From an uncultured Pseudomonadota bacterium (GTDB lineage Bacteria; Myxococcota_A; Polyangia; Fen-1088): a DNA stretch of 64,000 nucleotides. Both the position numbers and the translations under genes were made by a program. Shown piece by piece: positions 60,743 to 64,000 of the stretch. Under the pieces are notes generated by a model that was not told where the DNA came from, searched no databases, and saw only the letters and a list, made by a program, of their open reading frames with translations. Every line of letters starts with the position of its first letter. The first letter of the stretch is position 1. The DNA is taken from assembly GCA_963847705.1 (NCBI GenBank), contig CAWKBC010000032.1, positions 352,001-416,000 of the forward strand, read 5' to 3'.

Positions 60743-61861
60743 TTGACCGATTCCCCCGACATCCTGCCCGCCGGCACCGTCCTGGACGGCACGTACCGCC
60801 TCACCCGCCTGCTCGGCCAGGGGGCCATGGGGACCGTCTACGAGGGGCACCACACCGGCGCCGGCAAGCGCGTGGCGGTCAAGGTCATGCATCGCGAGCT
60901 CCTGGCCTACCCGGAGCTGGCGATGCGGTTCCGGCGCGAGGCGAAGGTCACCAGCGAGCTGGCGCACCCGAACATCGTCAGCGTCTTCGGGTTTGGCACC
61001 ACGCCCGCGGGCCAGCCGTATCTGGTGATGGAGCTGCTCGACGGTGAGGATCTGCAGACGCGCCTGGAGCGCGTGGGGGCGCTGCCGCTGGAGACCGTCG
61101 TGCAGATCGTCAACCAGGTGGCGTCGGCCCTGGCCGAGACCCACTCCGCGGGCATCGTCCACCGCGATCTCAAGACGGACAACGTGTTCCTGGTGCGCGC
61201 CCCCGACGGCGGCGTGCTGGCGAAGGTCGTGGACTTCGGCCTTTCGAAGGTGTTGAAGACGTCGGCGACCAAGCTCACCGTCGCCCGGGCCGTGTTCGGC
61301 ACGCCCGAGTTCATGGCGCCCGAGCAGGCCGAGGGGCGCCAGGACGCCATCGATCACCGCAGCGATCAGTGGTCGCTGGCCTGCCTGGCCTGGTTCGCGG
61401 CCACGGCCTGCCTCCCCTTCACCGGCCCGGACGTCAACGCCATCTTGAACCAGGTGATCTCGGCTGTGCCCACGCCCGTCGGGCCCGGCGCCCCGCGCCT
61501 CCCGGCGGAGGTCGACAAGGTGCTGCGGCGGGCGCTGTCCAAGCACCGCGCCGACCGTTTTCCGACGATCAGGGCTTTCGCCCGCGCCTTCGAGGCCGCG
61601 GCCTCGCCGGGACGCGACGCGGTCGCACCCACGGGCGGCAACCCAACGCCGCTTCGGTCGGCGGCTCTCGGGGCGCCCGGGCGTCCCGCTCCCGACGCCG
61701 CCGGAGCGAACCTCGAGGAACCGGAGCGCCAGGGCGGTCTCCGGATCTGGCTGGTGCTCGCCGCGCTGGCGTTGTTGTGCGGCATCGGGTGGCTGCTTCG
61801 GGACACACCGCCCATCTCGACTTGGCTCGAGAGCGCGCGCGGCCTCCTTCACCGCGGCTAG
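60743..61861 (+). CDS. Ser/Thr protein kinase with C-terminal TM anchor
   Basis: LGQGAMG, AVKV, HRDLKTDN, DFG, GTPEFMAPE. Confidence 0.92.
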   Translation: MTDSPDILPAGTVLDGTYRLTRLLGQGAMGTVYEGHHTGAGKRVAVKVMHRELLAYPELAMRFRREAKVTSELAHPNIVSVFGFGTTPAGQPYLVMELLDGEDLQTRLERVGALPLETVVQIVNQVASALAETHSAGIVHRDLKTDNVFLVRAPDGGVLAKVVDFGLSKVLKTSATKLTVARAVFGTPEFMAPEQAEGRQDAIDHRSDQWSLACLAWFAATACLPFTGPDVNAILNQVISAVPTPVGPGAPRLPAEVDKVLRRALSKHRADRFPTIRAFARAFEAAASPGRDAVAPTGGNPTPLRSAALGAPGRPAPDAAGANLEEPERQGGLRIWLVLAALALLCGIGWLLRDTPPISTWLESARGLLHRG

Positions 61862-62083
61862 ATGGGCCACCAGCGGCTGCCGTTGATCCGCACCGGCAGG
61901 CCGAGCTCGCCGGCGAGGTCGACGAGGAATTCGGGGTCGATCGCCCGCCAGCTCCAGCATCGTGAAGGCGCGGACGCAGTCGCCGTCGGTGTGCTTGTGC
62001 CAGTGCACCAGCACCCAGCGGTCGCGATGCCAGCGCGCCTCGACGCGCGGCAGTTCCGGGCACGCCCTGCATGAAGCGCGCAT
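61858..62083 (-). CDS. Possible small hypothetical protein split by a 1-nt insertion near 61945
   Basis: Two adjacent frames join into MRASCRACPELP..HWHKHTDGDC..ELAAIDPEFLVDLAGELGLPVRINGSRWWPI. Confidence 0.4.
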
Positions 62084-62292
62084 CGATCCCGGAGCTGGGT
62101 ATCGGCCGCAGCCAGACGCCGGACGTCAACGAGGCTGCGCGCCGAAAGGACACTGGGCCGGCACCCGTTGCTGCGGATGAATCGGCACGGCATCCGTGTC
62201 GGTGGGCGTCGAAAATCTGATGCCTGGACGACCCCGGCGGATCGTGATCTAAGGTAGTTGGGCGTGGCATGAGCGATGCTCCAAGGAGCCAG

Positions 62293-63009
62293 ATGGAAAA
62301 GACTTCCAGCTCAAACTGGGTGAGGGGCCTGATTCTGATCGCCGCGACGCTTTGGTCGCTCCCCAGCCGGGCCGACGTCGCGCCGACCTGCGCCGCGTTC
62401 GACGCCCTCATCACCTGCGACGCCAGGGACGTCGGGAAGGCCTGCCAGGGCGGAGGCCAGTGTTACGCGGTGTCGTGCGGCACCGGCATGACCGTTTACA
62501 AGTGCGACGCCTGCCCGGCCATTCTGTCGGCGCCCGACGCCGGCTGCGAACCGAGCAAGTTCGGGACGGCCTGTGGCGACGGCGGCATGTGCTCGTCGAC
62601 GCAGGCCTACTGCAACACTTCATCGACCAAGTTCGTCTGCGCCGGGCCCACGCCGGCCAAGCCGACCGGACCACCGGCGGGTGAAAGCGGCGGCGCCGGA
62701 GGCAGCGGCCTGGGTGGCGGAGGCGCCTCGGGCGGCAGCGGCGTCGGAGGCGCCGGAGCAGGAGGCGGCAACGCCTCGGGCGGCAGCGGCGTCGGAGGCG
62801 CCGGAGCCGGAGGCGGCAACGCCTCGGGGGGAAGCGGCGTCGTGGGCGGCCAGAGCGGCACGGGGGCCGCCGCCTGTCCGTCTTGCAAGAGCAGCGGCGG
62901 TTGCGATGTCGCGCCGCGCGCGACCGGTCCGGGCGCCATCGCGCTGGCCCTGCTGGCGGTCGGGATGCTCGCGCTCCTTTACGACCGCCGCCGCAAGCGC
63001 CGGCGCTAG
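62293..63009 (+). CDS. Cys-rich surface protein with Gly linker and MYXO-CTERM-like anchor
   Basis: AAGGAG RBS, signal peptide, 12 Cys, then SSGGC, TM and RRRKRR. Confidence 0.85.
   Translation: MEKTSSSNWVRGLILIAATLWSLPSRADVAPTCAAFDALITCDARDVGKACQGGGQCYAVSCGTGMTVYKCDACPAILSAPDAGCEPSKFGTACGDGGMCSSTQAYCNTSSTKFVCAGPTPAKPTGPPAGESGGAGGSGLGGGGASGGSGVGGAGAGGGNASGGSGVGGAGAGGGNASGGSGVVGGQSGTGAAACPSCKSSGGCDVAPRATGPGAIALALLAVGMLALLYDRRRKRRR
62725..62841. repeat. 48-bp in-frame tandem repeat x2.4 (ASGGSGVGGAGAGGGN)
   Basis: Units start at 62725, 62773 and 62821. Confidence 0.85.
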
Positions 63010-63013
63010 CCCG

Positions 63014-64000
63014 ATGCCCACCCGCGCGCTCTCATCCGCGGTGGCGAGCTCGCCGCTGCTCGACCGCGCGCTCGACCCGCTCGATCGGCTGCGACGCGCG
63101 CTCCTGGTCGGGCTCTCCCGCTCGCCGATCGCCGGTCCGCTGGTGACCCAGCGCGATCTTCGGGTCCGTGCGCAGGCGTTGCTCGGCGTCGGCCTCGCCT
63201 TCGCGCTCACGCTGCTGGCCCCCGGCGTGCTGTTCGTGGTGGGACCGGCGCTGTTCGGCGTCGCGCACGTGGCCAGCGACGTGCGTTACCTGGTGCTCCG
63301 CAGAGAGCTGCCGCGCTGGTGGGTCACCGCCCTCGGCGCCGGCTGCCTGGCGCTCTTCGCCTTGCGTGGGCTCGAGGCGGCGCTCCCCGGCCACTGGCCC
63401 TTCTTTGCCGCGACGGAGGTCGGCCTCGGCTGGGCCTGGGCGCTCGGCGGCGTGGGCGCTGCCGTCGCCGCGTCACCCTCGTCCCGGTCGATCCGTCGCG
63501 CGCTGCTGGTGACGCCGGCGATTCTCATCGCGCTCGGCGCGGCGCTGGCGCGGCCCACCTTGGCGCGACTCCTCTTCGCCCACCTCCACAACCTGATCGG
63601 GATTGGCCTCTGGCTGCTGCTGTTTCGCCGGAGCCGGCGCTTCGCGCTCCCGGCGGTGGCGCTGCTCGCGCTGGCCGTCGCGCTCTGCGTCTCGGGCTGC
63701 GTCCTCCCGGCGGTCCACCTTGGTGGCCCGGGTGCGGCCCGCTTCGTCGACGAGATGCTGTTCGCCTGGCCGAGCTGGATGCCGCCGCGAACCGCGCTCG
63801 GGTTGGGGTTGGCCTTCGTGATGCTTCAGGCCGTCCACTACAGTGTCTGGCTGGCCTGGATTCCGCAGGAGGACCTGCGCGGGCAGGGAACCCTCTCGTT
63901 TCGGATGTCGCTGCGCTCGCTGCTGCGCGACGTCGGCCCCGTCTGGCTGGGCCTCACCGCGCTCATCGCCTGCGTCGTGCTGGCGGCGTCGTTCGTCGAC
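63014..64000 (+). CDS. Polytopic membrane protein with His motifs (3' end outside window)
   Basis: Hand translation from ATG 63014: FGVAHVASDVRYL, FAHLHNL, LQAVHYSVWL. Confidence 0.75.
   Translation, partial: MPTRALSSAVASSPLLDRALDPLDRLRRALLVGLSRSPIAGPLVTQRDLRVRAQALLGVGLAFALTLLAPGVLFVVGPALFGVAHVASDVRYLVLRRELPRWWVTALGAGCLALFALRGLEAALPGHWPFFAATEVGLGWAWALGGVGAAVAASPSSRSIRRALLVTPAILIALGAALARPTLARLLFAHLHNLIGIGLWLLLFRRSRRFALPAVALLALAVALCVSGCVLPAVHLGGPGAARFVDEMLFAWPSWMPPRTALGLGLAFVMLQAVHYSVWLAWIPQEDLRGQGTLSFRMSLRSLLRDVGPVWLGLTALIACVVLAASFVD

Overview
High-GC (about 70% by eye) bacterial chromosomal window, most consistent with Myxococcota/Polyangia (MYXO-CTERM-type protein, two Ser/Thr kinases, sigma54 systems; inference). 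It holds about 53 real CDSs; most listed ORFs are GC-rich shadow frames. No rRNA, tRNA or CRISPR array was seen. Main blocks: (1) a thiol/ergothioneine redox neighbourhood (cNMP-TrxB-like reductase without CxxC, egtB, egtD, a DsbA-OsmC fusion, a betaine/EgtU-type ABC importer, rhodanese-DUF5996-UBP zinc finger); (2) a translationally coupled EAL/kinase/regulator cascade with a one-base frameshift; (3) an RND pump; (4) a porin + cupredoxin-like + membrane Ser/Thr kinase operon; (5) two divergent di-heme lipoproteins around a YeiH/PSE exporter; (6) an intact IS630; (7) a compact sigma54 two-component locus. In block 7, three -24/-12 promoters and a repeated TGCGG-N3-CCGCA enhancer-like palindrome can be read from the DNA, and the sensor and both flanking exported proteins carry GPPP-rich segments. 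Blocks 7, 4, 1 and 5 are the best candidates for undescribed systems. All family calls come from motif recognition by eye; no searches were run.
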